Assembly (NCBI GenBank): GCA_964565225.1
Contig: CAZMEL010000024.1
Coordinates: 1 to 43,732 of the forward strand
DNA: 43,732 nucleotides
Direction: 5' to 3'
Source of the DNA: an uncultured Thermoanaerobaculia bacterium
GTDB taxonomy: Bacteria > Acidobacteriota > Thermoanaerobaculia > Multivoradales > J023
Part shown: piece by piece, positions 16,901 to 24,098 of the stretch
Position numbering within the stretch: the stretch's first letter is position 1
Layout: each line of letters begins with the position of its first letter
Made by a program: the position numbers and the translations under genes
Notes under the pieces: generated by a model
What the model saw: the letters and a program-made list of their open reading frames with translations, nothing else
What the model was told of the DNA's origin: nothing
Database searches by the model: none

Positions 16901-19664
16901 CCCGGGTCTGGTTGAACTCGGGGTCGTCGAGCACCTCGTAGTAGTCGGTGCCGGTGAGGTGCAGCGCCATCTGCAGATCGGATTCACGCTCGCCGGTGCG
17001 AGGCACCAGGGTGAGATCGAAGGGCTGGGTGTTGACGCTGAAGCGATGGCGACCGAGCTTGAGAACCTCGGCCCCTCCTTCGAAGATCTCCTGCCGATCC
17101 CGCAGGGACCGGGCCGCGTCTTCCTTGGCGGCCTTGAGACGCGACTCCAGCTCGTCGGCCTTGACGCTCTCCTGGATCTTCCGCAGCTGGCCGGCGAGGT
17201 CTCGCACCTTGGCGACCATGGCGTCGCCGACGAAGTAGGTGTTGAGCTCGTCGGCATCGCCGAGGGCCGACGCGCGCCGCACGATGCCCTGGAGGATCCG
17301 GTCCGCGGCCTGGAGCATGCGCCCGGCTCGCCGCTGGCGCTCGTCGAGCAAGGCCTGCTTGCGCGAGCTGAAGGCTTCGTAGACGTCTTCGCGCTTGGTG
17401 GCGAGCTGGTCCAGGAAGTCGTCGAACTCACCGAAGCGACTCTCGAGCTCTTCGAGCTGCAGCAGCAGCTTGGAGAGCTGGTCGTCACACTTCTCCGGTG
17501 TGTCACACATGGCCAGGGCGCCGCTGACCGCCTGGCCGAGGAGCTTGAACTGCGCCCCGAATTCCGCGGCTCCCTCGGACGTCATCAGCTCCTTGCGTCG
17601 GGCCTCCAGCAGGGCGCGGCCGCGGTTGAGGCCCGAGAGGATCTCGGAGACGTCTTCGAGGATCCGGGTGCGAATGGTGGCGTCGGAGATCTCGAGCCCG
17701 CCGATGACCTCGGTGAGCAGCTCCAGGCCGTTGCCGACACCCTCGAAGGCTTCGCGGATCGGTTCGGCGGCAGCGGCGGTCTCGACGGTTTCGATCTCCG
17801 CGACCTGTCGCTCGATCTGGTGCAGGTAGGGAGCCAGAGCGGAGTCTTCTTGCAGGAAACCGACCATGCGATCGCTGAGCTCGTCGAATTTCTCGGCCAG
17901 CAGAGTCTCGAGCTCGTCGAGCTTGCCGAGATCGACATAGCGAAGCTCGCGCAGGGTGAGCAGGTGCCCGCGCTGGTGACGCAGGCGATCGAGGGCGTCG
18001 ACGAAGCGGTCGACCGAGGCGAGCTCCTGCCGCCGCAGCTCTTCCCACAGGGTGTCGACATCTTTGGACGAGGCGTCGACGGCCTCGGCGGCCCGGCGGC
18101 GGAGAGCCTGGACTTTCGCGAACTCGTCGACGATCAGCTCGGCGGTGGCGCGGATCTCGGCCAGGGGGACCGACAAGGCCTCGGCCTCGTCTTCGGTCAG
18201 CCAGTAGTAGGCGTCGGCGGCGCGCACGGTGGAGGCGATCAGGTCTTCGTAGCCCACGGCCGACGGGGTCTGCTCCTCGATGGCGCGACAGATGGAGAGG
18301 GAGTCGGAGATCCCGCGGACCAGGTCGGGATTGCCGAACGTCTCCAGAAAGGTACCTCTTGAAGGGACCTGGGCGGCGTGCAGATCGCTCATGAACGGTG
18401 TCTGCCAGATCTGCATCGGGTGCACCCGGGTGGGCTCGTCGGATTGGGAATTGAAGATCACCATCCGACCGTCTTCGAAAAAGCTGTAGCCGTGGCAGTA
18501 GATGGGGTTCTGCACGTCTTTGCGGATCATGTTGTACGACAGGAGGATGCTGCGGCCGCTCTCGCGCTCGTGGAAGATGAAGAGCACGTCCTCACCGTTG
18601 GGTGAGCGCACCTTCTTCAAGAACTCCATGGCCGCCACGTCGCCTTCGAAGGTCTTGGTCTCGCCGCTCTGGAGGTAATACCCGCCGGGGAAGATCAGCC
18701 CGTGGTCTTCGGGCAGAAGCAGGCACGAGCGGCCGATGGCATCGATCCGGTCGACCTGCTGGTTGCGCGTGTTGAAGACCAGGAAACGTTCGACCTCTTC
18801 GTTGTAGGGCCTGATCTTCAGCAGGATCAGGGTCCCTACCCGGGCGTAGGCGATGTCGGCATCGTCGAGGCTCTGTCGGGGATCTGCGACCTCTTCCCGG
18901 TAGATTCCGAGCCCGTCTTCCGTGTTGTCCTCGACCTTGACCGTCAGGTCGCCACCCACCGTCTCGACGAAGACCTCGTCGAGAATGTTGACGTGTGGAT
19001 GCCGCCCGTGCACATGGTCCTCACGGGTGGTGGGGGTCCACTCGAAGTCGTGGGACGGCGGGAAGGTATGGTCGCGCTCGCCGCGACCATCGATGTACCG
19101 GACCCTGCCGTCGGGCTCCACGGCCCAGCGGAAAACCCGCAGATCCTTGGCACCGGCGCCGATCTGGAAGACGGCGAGCAGCTTGGTTTCGGTCCGGCGG
19201 ATCTGGAGCAGCCGCGCGTTCTTGTAGTACTTGAAGAGCTCGCGGAAATCGCTGACGAAGCTGCTGTCGGCCAGGTAGTTGGACCGATCGTCGCCGGAGA
19301 CCTCTTCGAACGAAAACCGCCCCTCCGACTCCTGGAAGGAATGCAGGCTGAGGACGTCGTCGACCTTGGTGTCGGTGCGTAGGCCGAGGAAGACCTGGTA
19401 GCCGAAGAGAAGATACCGGCCGGTGGCGCGGATGTCCCGAGGCACGCAGTTGTTCTCGGTGCGGATCCGCTCGTTGCCGATCACCTTCATCTCGGTGCCG
19501 CCGAACAGCTCGAGCCGGCGGCTGTTCAGGCGATCGGCGCGTTGCCGCAGGTCGGCGGCGTGCTCGCGCAGCCGGTCGCGGAGAATTTCGTAGGTGCCGT
19601 GCTCCAGGGAGCTGGCTTCTCCAGCGGCCTCGGTGTCGGCGGCTGTCTGGCTCTCTTCACTCAT
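13986..19664 (-). CDS. Giant (1892 aa) multidomain protein. It has a beta-rich N-terminal domain, about 800 aa of coiled-coil/helical region, an AAA_5 (MoxR/dynein/McrB-type) ATPase module, and a C-terminal coiled-coil region.
   Basis: Walker A is LLLISPPGYGKTTL (about aa 1304-1316, nt about 15726-15746). Walker B is NVLLYLDDIQH. The sensor/AAA_5-like segment is FAICMAGNPYTEAGEKFQIPDMLANRADTYNL. The N-terminal 60-420 is beta-strand-like (DG/G-rich, no NTP motifs). The long helical stretches are rich in E/R/L/A. The gene starts 60 bp downstream of the flotillin stop on the same strand. Confidence 0.7.
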   Translation of the reverse strand: MSEESQTAADTEAAGEASSLEHGTYEILRDRLREHAADLRQRADRLNSRRLELFGGTEMKVIGNERIRTENNCVPRDIRATGRYLLFGYQVFLGLRTDTKVDDVLSLHSFQESEGRFSFEEVSGDDRSNYLADSSFVSDFRELFKYYKNARLLQIRRTETKLLAVFQIGAGAKDLRVFRWAVEPDGRVRYIDGRGERDHTFPPSHDFEWTPTTREDHVHGRHPHVNILDEVFVETVGGDLTVKVEDNTEDGLGIYREEVADPRQSLDDADIAYARVGTLILLKIRPYNEEVERFLVFNTRNQQVDRIDAIGRSCLLLPEDHGLIFPGGYYLQSGETKTFEGDVAAMEFLKKVRSPNGEDVLFIFHERESGRSILLSYNMIRKDVQNPIYCHGYSFFEDGRMVIFNSQSDEPTRVHPMQIWQTPFMSDLHAAQVPSRGTFLETFGNPDLVRGISDSLSICRAIEEQTPSAVGYEDLIASTVRAADAYYWLTEDEAEALSVPLAEIRATAELIVDEFAKVQALRRRAAEAVDASSKDVDTLWEELRRQELASVDRFVDALDRLRHQRGHLLTLRELRYVDLGKLDELETLLAEKFDELSDRMVGFLQEDSALAPYLHQIERQVAEIETVETAAAAEPIREAFEGVGNGLELLTEVIGGLEISDATIRTRILEDVSEILSGLNRGRALLEARRKELMTSEGAAEFGAQFKLLGQAVSGALAMCDTPEKCDDQLSKLLLQLEELESRFGEFDDFLDQLATKREDVYEAFSSRKQALLDERQRRAGRMLQAADRILQGIVRRASALGDADELNTYFVGDAMVAKVRDLAGQLRKIQESVKADELESRLKAAKEDAARSLRDRQEIFEGGAEVLKLGRHRFSVNTQPFDLTLVPRTGERESDLQMALHLTGTDYYEVLDDPEFNQTRDVWNQLLVSETPRVYRGEYLAACLLAAAEAGEAGLDLARLQQAALDRDQLLAVVRRWSSERYEEGYERGLHDHDATLILEKLLALYGTADLLRFTPAARSLACLFWAFFSEQTARATWERQAQSLGRLRARLGHSPAITELAEELSRASTEFLTTHGLEVDEEAARQAGQYLFEELTQHPVRFTTSGEAAELEKAFTSFLKENADLRSFQDDLGELENDLANRHRLTTAWLDACLARGGDPKLRALARARDEVVASLLTTRRLERRPHSGLQELVVEDLLGQHPRIKERKLTLRLDEFLARLTTFRSQRVPRFRHYQEVRHQLLETKRRELRLGEYQPKVMSAFVRNRLINEVYLPIFGDNLAKQMGSLGEGKRTDQMGLLLLISPPGYGKTTLMEYIANRLGMVFVKINGPALGHAVTSIDPSEAPNATARQEVEKINFALEMGNNVLLYLDDIQHTHPELLQKFISLCDAQRRIEGVWKGRTRTYDLRGKRFAICMAGNPYTEAGEKFQIPDMLANRADTYNLGDILEGREEVFALSYLENALTSNPALAPLTTREPGDIHKLFAMAAGNGQAADQLSHEYSGVELEEMLSVLRKLLRIQQILLAVNQEYISSASQDDAFRTEPRFQLQGSYRNMNKLAEKIVAVMNERELESLVDDHYQGEAQTLTTGAEHNLLKLAELRGVMTTEQEQRWEEIKRGFARVQAMGGAEDDPATRLIGQIGLVSERLHHIGDTLAGAAKSHNRADADAETTELQMQRLERALESALAPLVSGLEKTLQGLAAEPTSADDLAPRLENGARLVSQQLAAVVERLDHLGQSLAGLGNGERAPAADLAPHFEALARSIATIAERRPPALPAAAAEATPASADLSPYLERLDDTLRSLAEAPKGREIIQTLKPGVHDVLGRLAVSIDENLLPLVQGIGRHLKSEGIADDRKLTKHLDRTLKYLDMMKGLVLSLRRIDTRDLSTE

Positions 19665-19724
19665 TGCGTCGCTCGGATTCCTTCGGGCGTCTCAGGGATC
19701 GATCGGCTTCGGCACGTCGCGGGC

Positions 19725-21782
19725 TCAGTCCTCGCTCTGCCGCGGATCCCCGAGCTTGAGGGAGTCGACACCGAGGCGTTCGGCCACCTCCAGCAACTGC
19801 CCCATCTTCACCTGCCGGTCGCCCTCGCTGCGCTCCGCGAGGCCGTGGAGCAGAGAGGCGAGAGAAAGATTTCGCAGGTCGCCGCTCGACACTGCCGGGC
19901 GGGTGAGGACGTCTTTGAGATCCTCGGTGAAGCTGGACTCGCCTTCGAGATAGTCGTGCAGGAGCTTCTGGCCGGTTGCGCTCTTGTCGATGAATCCGTC
20001 GACCGCCTTGCCGTGGCTGATGGCGCCCACCAGGCGATCGAAGAAGATGTCGGAGCCGCCGACGATATCGATGTTCGCGGCCTTGAGCCCCTCGGCCACC
20101 AGCGACGCCTGGGCCTCGGCCACCTTCCGGTGAGCCTCGACCTTCGCCAGCTCGATGTCTCTGCCCGTCTCGAGGCGCAGCCGGTACTCCTCGTGCTCGC
20201 GGCTCGCGGCGTCGAGAGCTTTCATGGACTCGGCCTTCTCGGCCAGGCCCTCGGCTTCGGCCTTGAGCTTCTCGCGGATCCCCTCGGCCTCGGCCAGCCC
20301 CTTCTCCTTCAACACCAGAGCTTCGATCAGGCGCTGCTTCTCCTCTGCCTGGGCGTCGGCTTCCTTGATCCGTGCCTCGGCGAAGCCCATCTTCTCGGTG
20401 GCCTGGGCATCGGCTTCCTTGACCCGAACCTCGGCCAGGCCGAGCTTCTCGATGGCTTCGGCGTCGCGCTCGCGGACCTGCACCGCTGCCAGACCCGCGG
20501 CGGCGCTCTCGGCCTGGGTGCCCTCGGCCAGCCGGATCTTGGCCTTGGCCTCGCGGTCGGCGGCCTCGAGCTGCGCCTCGGCCAGGATCAACTGCTCGCG
20601 GCCCTTGAACTTGGCGGCCTCCTCGGCGGCCTCGGCGGCCTTGATGTTCTTGACCAGCTCTTCCTGGGCCTCGGCCTCGGCGGCGATGATCGTCGCTTCT
20701 TTGCCTCGGCTTGCCTCTTCCACCAACCGCAGACGTTTGATCGCTTCTTCTTCCTCGGCCACGGTTTTCTCGACCGAGATCCGTTCCCGGACCACCGTTG
20801 CGATATCTCGTTTCTCCTGCTCCACCTCTTTGTTCTTGGCGATGGTCTGGAGCTCGGTCTCCCGCTCGCGATCGATCACCTCGAGCATGCGGTCCTTCTC
20901 GACCCGCTCGGTCTCGACGGCGACCACCCGTTCGCGATTCTTGCGCGCCACCTCGACCTGGCGATCCATGTTCTCCTGCTGGATCGCCACCTCTTCTTCG
21001 GTCTTGATGCGGGCGGTCTCGGCCTTGAGCTTCTCTTCCGCCTGGATCTTCTGGGTTTCGGCCTCTTCCCGTGCCTTGACGCTATCGATCTCGCGTCTCT
21101 GCTTGGCCTCGGCGTCGGCCTTCTGGCGTTCGAGCTCGAGGATGGCCTCGGCGGCTTCCACATCCTGCTTGGTGATCAGCTTTCTCTCGTTGTTCTGGAA
21201 TTCGTTGGTCTTCACGTGCTCGATGGCGGTGAGCTCGGTGATCTTGCGAATACCCTGGGCATCGAGGATGTTGTGCTGGTCGAGCTGGGTCAGAGGGGTC
21301 TGCTCGAGATAGTCGATGGCGCAGTCTTCGAGGGAGTAGCCGTTGAGGTCGGTGCCGATCACACGGATGATCTGGTCGCGGAACTCGTCGCGTTTGGTGT
21401 AGAGATCGACGAAGTCGAGTTGTTTACCCGCGGTCTTGAGGGCCTCGGAGAACTTGGCAGCGAAGAGGATCTCCAGGGTCTTCTGGTCGGAGGCCCGGTT
21501 GCAGCCGATGTTCTGCGCCACCTTGATCACGTCTTCCTCGGTCTTGTTGACCCGGACGAAGAAGGTGACCTTGATGTCGGCGCGGATGTTGTCCTGGCAG
21601 ATCAAACCGTCGGAGCCGCTGCGGTCGATCTCGATGGTCTTCACCGAGATGTCCATCAGCTCGGCCTTCTGCATGATGGGGATCACCAGGCCGCCGGTGA
21701 AGCTGACGTTCACCTGACCGGACATGACGTTGCTGACGATGAGAGCTTTTCCCTGCTCGACTTTTGTGATGAGAAATGCCAT
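19725..21782 (-). CDS. Flotillin-family SPFH/Band-7 protein (YqiK/FloT-like), 685 aa.
   Basis: The SPFH core begins ALIVSNVMSGQVNVSFTGG...ICQDNIRADIKVTFFVRV (compare the start of the YqiK SPFH domain). It is followed by about 350 aa of EA/KE-rich coiled coil (AEAEAQEEL, EADAQATEK, EADAQAEEK repeats) and a C-terminal flotillin tail. There is no N-terminal hydrophobic hairpin. Confidence 0.85.
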   Translation of the reverse strand: MAFLITKVEQGKALIVSNVMSGQVNVSFTGGLVIPIMQKAELMDISVKTIEIDRSGSDGLICQDNIRADIKVTFFVRVNKTEEDVIKVAQNIGCNRASDQKTLEILFAAKFSEALKTAGKQLDFVDLYTKRDEFRDQIIRVIGTDLNGYSLEDCAIDYLEQTPLTQLDQHNILDAQGIRKITELTAIEHVKTNEFQNNERKLITKQDVEAAEAILELERQKADAEAKQRREIDSVKAREEAETQKIQAEEKLKAETARIKTEEEVAIQQENMDRQVEVARKNRERVVAVETERVEKDRMLEVIDRERETELQTIAKNKEVEQEKRDIATVVRERISVEKTVAEEEEAIKRLRLVEEASRGKEATIIAAEAEAQEELVKNIKAAEAAEEAAKFKGREQLILAEAQLEAADREAKAKIRLAEGTQAESAAAGLAAVQVRERDAEAIEKLGLAEVRVKEADAQATEKMGFAEARIKEADAQAEEKQRLIEALVLKEKGLAEAEGIREKLKAEAEGLAEKAESMKALDAASREHEEYRLRLETGRDIELAKVEAHRKVAEAQASLVAEGLKAANIDIVGGSDIFFDRLVGAISHGKAVDGFIDKSATGQKLLHDYLEGESSFTEDLKDVLTRPAVSSGDLRNLSLASLLHGLAERSEGDRQVKMGQLLEVAERLGVDSLKLGDPRQSED

Positions 21783-21977
21783 GGGGTCTCCTTGACGTGA
21801 AGGCTCGAAACGTAGAGTCGGTCACTCCGGCGTCGGTCTCGGACGCGGAGTCGAGCCCCGGCCTCTCGTTCGACTCGGAAGGCTCGAAAAATCTATCTGC
21901 AGGCGCCGTGTCCTCGTCCAGAGAAACATTGGACGGGCACCCTTTCCGGGTTGTGGTCGAATCTTAGCCGTTCGAGG

Positions 21978-22679
21978 TCACGAAGTATCTGCCGGCAAGA
22001 GATGCTCGTCCATGGGCATGATGAAGAAAATCTCCTGCAGCGGATCGTATTCGAAGATCAGCGCCCGGGCATTGCGACGCAGCATCGGATCGGGCTCGTG
22101 GCTGCGGACCTGGATCAGGAGCTCGACTCCTTCGTCGTCGAGCACCTCGGCCTGGCCGAACTTCTGGTCGACGGTGAGGGTCGTGACCCGGCAGGTGCGT
22201 CCCACGAGGTCGCGGCGATGGGTCACGGGGGCGATGCGGAAGATCTTCCGCAAAGGGCGGATGGCGAGTCCGGTGGCCCCGACGGACAGGACCGAGGCAC
22301 CCAGGCCGATTCCGAAGAGGATCAGGAGCCCTCCGCCGGCCAGAAACGGAACCGTTGCCGCCAGCCAGGTGCCCGCCAGGGAGAAGAACCAGCCGAAGAA
22401 GGCGAGGAGCGAGCCGGTGATGGCGAGCGGAACCCCGCTCAGGCCCAGGCAGCCGTCGCGACCCTCGGTCAGACCGTCCGCGGCGCCTTCGACCAAGCCT
22501 TCTGCCGTCCCGTCGACCGCGCCTCCGAAGAAACCCTCGATCAGGTCGAGGAGACCATCGAATATTTCGAGGTCCAGAAGGCCGAGGAGAACCGTCAGCC
22601 AGTACAGGCAGACCAGGCCGACGAACACGGTGAAAACCGTGGTGGGCATGGTAAACGCGGCATCGTAGAGGGCTTTCAT
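21978..22679 (-). CDS. NfeD/YqiJ-like inner-membrane protein (DUF1449-like). It has an acidic Gly/Asp-rich segment, transmembrane helices and a C-terminal OB-fold.
   Basis: N-terminal TM (TVFTVFVGLVCLYWLTVLLGLL). Acidic DxxxD/G region (LDLEIFDGLLDLIEGFFGGAVDGTAEGLVEGAADGLTEG). Two more hydrophobic helices. C-terminal beta-barrel-like NfeD tail (GRTCRVTTLTVDQKFGQAEVLDDEGVELLIQVRSHEP). In E. coli the yqiJ-yqiK pair has this same gene order. Confidence 0.7.
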   Translation of the reverse strand: MKALYDAAFTMPTTVFTVFVGLVCLYWLTVLLGLLDLEIFDGLLDLIEGFFGGAVDGTAEGLVEGAADGLTEGRDGCLGLSGVPLAITGSLLAFFGWFFSLAGTWLAATVPFLAGGGLLILFGIGLGASVLSVGATGLAIRPLRKIFRIAPVTHRRDLVGRTCRVTTLTVDQKFGQAEVLDDEGVELLIQVRSHEPDPMLRRNARALIFEYDPLQEIFFIMPMDEHLLPADTS

Positions 22680-22748
22680 GAATCACTGTTCCAGGAATCG
22701 GACATGTTTTCCTCTACGGGGGGTGAGTACCGGGTATTCGTTCGGTCC

Positions 22749-23060
22749 CCTCCGCCCAGGTGCCCTCCGCCCAGGTGCCAGCCACCTGTGCCGATCCACG
22801 GGTGCCCTCTCCATAGGTGGCAGCCACCTGTGCTGATCCACGGGTGCCAGCCACCTGTGCTGATCCGGCCACCTGTGCTGATCCGGCCACCTGTGCTGAT
22901 CCGGCCACCTGTGCCCTCTCCACAGGTGCTGCCACATAGGTGCCAGCCACCTGTGATGATCCGGATCTGATGATCCGCGGGTGCCAGCCACCTGTGATGA
23001 TCCGGATCTGATGATCCGCGGGTGCCAGCCACCTGTGATGATCCTCGGGTGCCACTCGAA
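22749..23060. repeat. REP/BIME-like array: at least 9 direct, imperfect copies of a unit with core GCCACCTGTG(C/A)TGATCC. It also has a 2 x 15-mer (CCTCCGCCCAGGTGC), a 3 x 18-mer (CCGGCCACCTGTGCTGAT), about 2.5 x a 41-mer (CGGGTGCCAGCCACCTGTGATGATCCGGATCTGATGATCCG), and two inverted copies that form hairpins.
   Basis: I read the core motif starting at about 22781, 22824, 22851, 22869, 22887, 22905, 22946, 22988 and 23030. Inverted copies CACAGGTG (22921) and CATAGGTGGC (22811) create stem-loops, for example CACCTGTGccctctcCACAGGTG at 22908-22930. There are no unique spacers. The array lies between the start of yqiJ and the RAYT-like gene. Confidence 0.75.
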
Positions 23061-23142
23061 GGCTGGCTGCGGACGCCTCGAAGCGACTTCTTGAAGAATT
23101 GGCTGTCGAATCACGAGCACTCTTTCGTCTAGGAAGGGTGTC

Positions 23143-24078
23143 ATGAGTAGACCACTACGAAACGTTCGTCCAGACGGTACTTGCTTCGAGATCACCACTC
23201 GAGTCATGCAGGGCAGATTCTTGCTGCCTCCCGGCGATCACTTCCGACGAATTGCCATCGGCATTCTCGCACGAGCCAAGGAGCTGTATCCCATTGAGCT
23301 CTATGGGTTTTGCGGCTTGTCGAACCACGTCCATCTACTGGTCGGCGCCCAGGACGTGGACCTCCTCGCAGGTTTCATGTGTCACCTGAAGAGCAACCTG
23401 GCTCGGGAGGCTGGCAGAATCGTTGGCTGGAGGGAGAAATTCTGGGGGCAACGGTACCGCGCGATCGAGATCAGTGACGAAGAGGAGGCCTGGGTCGCCC
23501 GATTGCGCTACTTGCTGAGTCATGGGGTCAAGGAGAATCTGGTGCTCTGTTGTCGAGACTGGCCAGGGTTGCAGTGCATCGACGCTCTGACCACGGGAAA
23601 GCCTCTGGAGGGTGTCTGGATCGATCGCACTCGAAGGACGGCGACGGGAGAACCTACGAATCATTCGTACGTCCTGGAGCTCGACCCCATCCCTTGTTGG
23701 CGGCACCTGTCGAAACAGGAGCATCAGGCACGAATTGCCGGCCTCGTTACCGAGATCGATGAAGAGAATGCCGAGCGGATCGTCCTGGGCGGCGGGGCAC
23801 CGCCTCTCGGGATCGAGGCGATCCTCGCCCAGGATCCTCACGACAAGCCGGAAGACTTCGAGCCCAAACCGGCGCCAGGCTTTCACGCAGCGACCCGATC
23901 GGTTCGGGCCCTGATGAAAGAGGCCTATCGGCTTTTTGTCGAGGCGTATCGTGCGGCCGCGAAGCGACTGCGAGCGGGCGATCTGACCGTCGAGTTTCCT
24001 CCGGGGTGTTTTCCGCCACCTCGCCGCTTCGTGTCGGCCCGATACGGGACGTCCGCTCCTCGCGATGGTCCCCTGTAA
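23143..24078 (+). CDS. IS200/IS605-family HuH Y1 transposase-like protein (REP-associated tyrosine transposase, RAYT-like), with an approximately 160-aa C-terminal extension.
   Basis: HuH motif ...GLSNHVHLLVGA. Downstream signature FWGQRYRAIEISDEEEAWVARLRYLLSHGVKENLV, matching the family pattern FWQ-RY...I-DE.....Y-..NPVK..LV that contains the catalytic Tyr. It is immediately flanked on the 5' side by the REP-like array. Confidence 0.65.
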   Translation: MSRPLRNVRPDGTCFEITTRVMQGRFLLPPGDHFRRIAIGILARAKELYPIELYGFCGLSNHVHLLVGAQDVDLLAGFMCHLKSNLAREAGRIVGWREKFWGQRYRAIEISDEEEAWVARLRYLLSHGVKENLVLCCRDWPGLQCIDALTTGKPLEGVWIDRTRRTATGEPTNHSYVLELDPIPCWRHLSKQEHQARIAGLVTEIDEENAERIVLGGGAPPLGIEAILAQDPHDKPEDFEPKPAPGFHAATRSVRALMKEAYRLFVEAYRAAAKRLRAGDLTVEFPPGCFPPPRRFVSARYGTSAPRDGPL

Positions 24079-24098
24079 AGAGAGGGGCGGGCAAGCCG

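Noticed and set aside
14880-18362. Plus-strand ORFs 14880..16457 (525 aa) and 16683..18362 (559 aa) antisense to the giant ATPase gene
   Set aside because: They are antisense to a strongly supported CDS, are Gly/Ala/Val/Leu low-complexity, and contain no domains.
19542-21800. 752-aa plus-strand ORF antisense to the flotillin gene
   Set aside because: It mirrors the EA-rich coiled-coil coding region (giving a Leu/Gly/Ala-rich antisense translation). The flotillin frame is unambiguous.
22749-23060. Possible CRISPR array (short direct repeats of about 18-41 bp)
   Set aside because: The repeats are contiguous or nested with no unique spacers of constant length, and the units degenerate into one another. 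This is consistent with a REP/tandem-repeat cluster, not CRISPR. The minus-strand ORFs predicted here (22676..23032, 22683..23207, 22714..23055, with GGRISTGGRIS-type repeats) are translation artefacts of the repeats.
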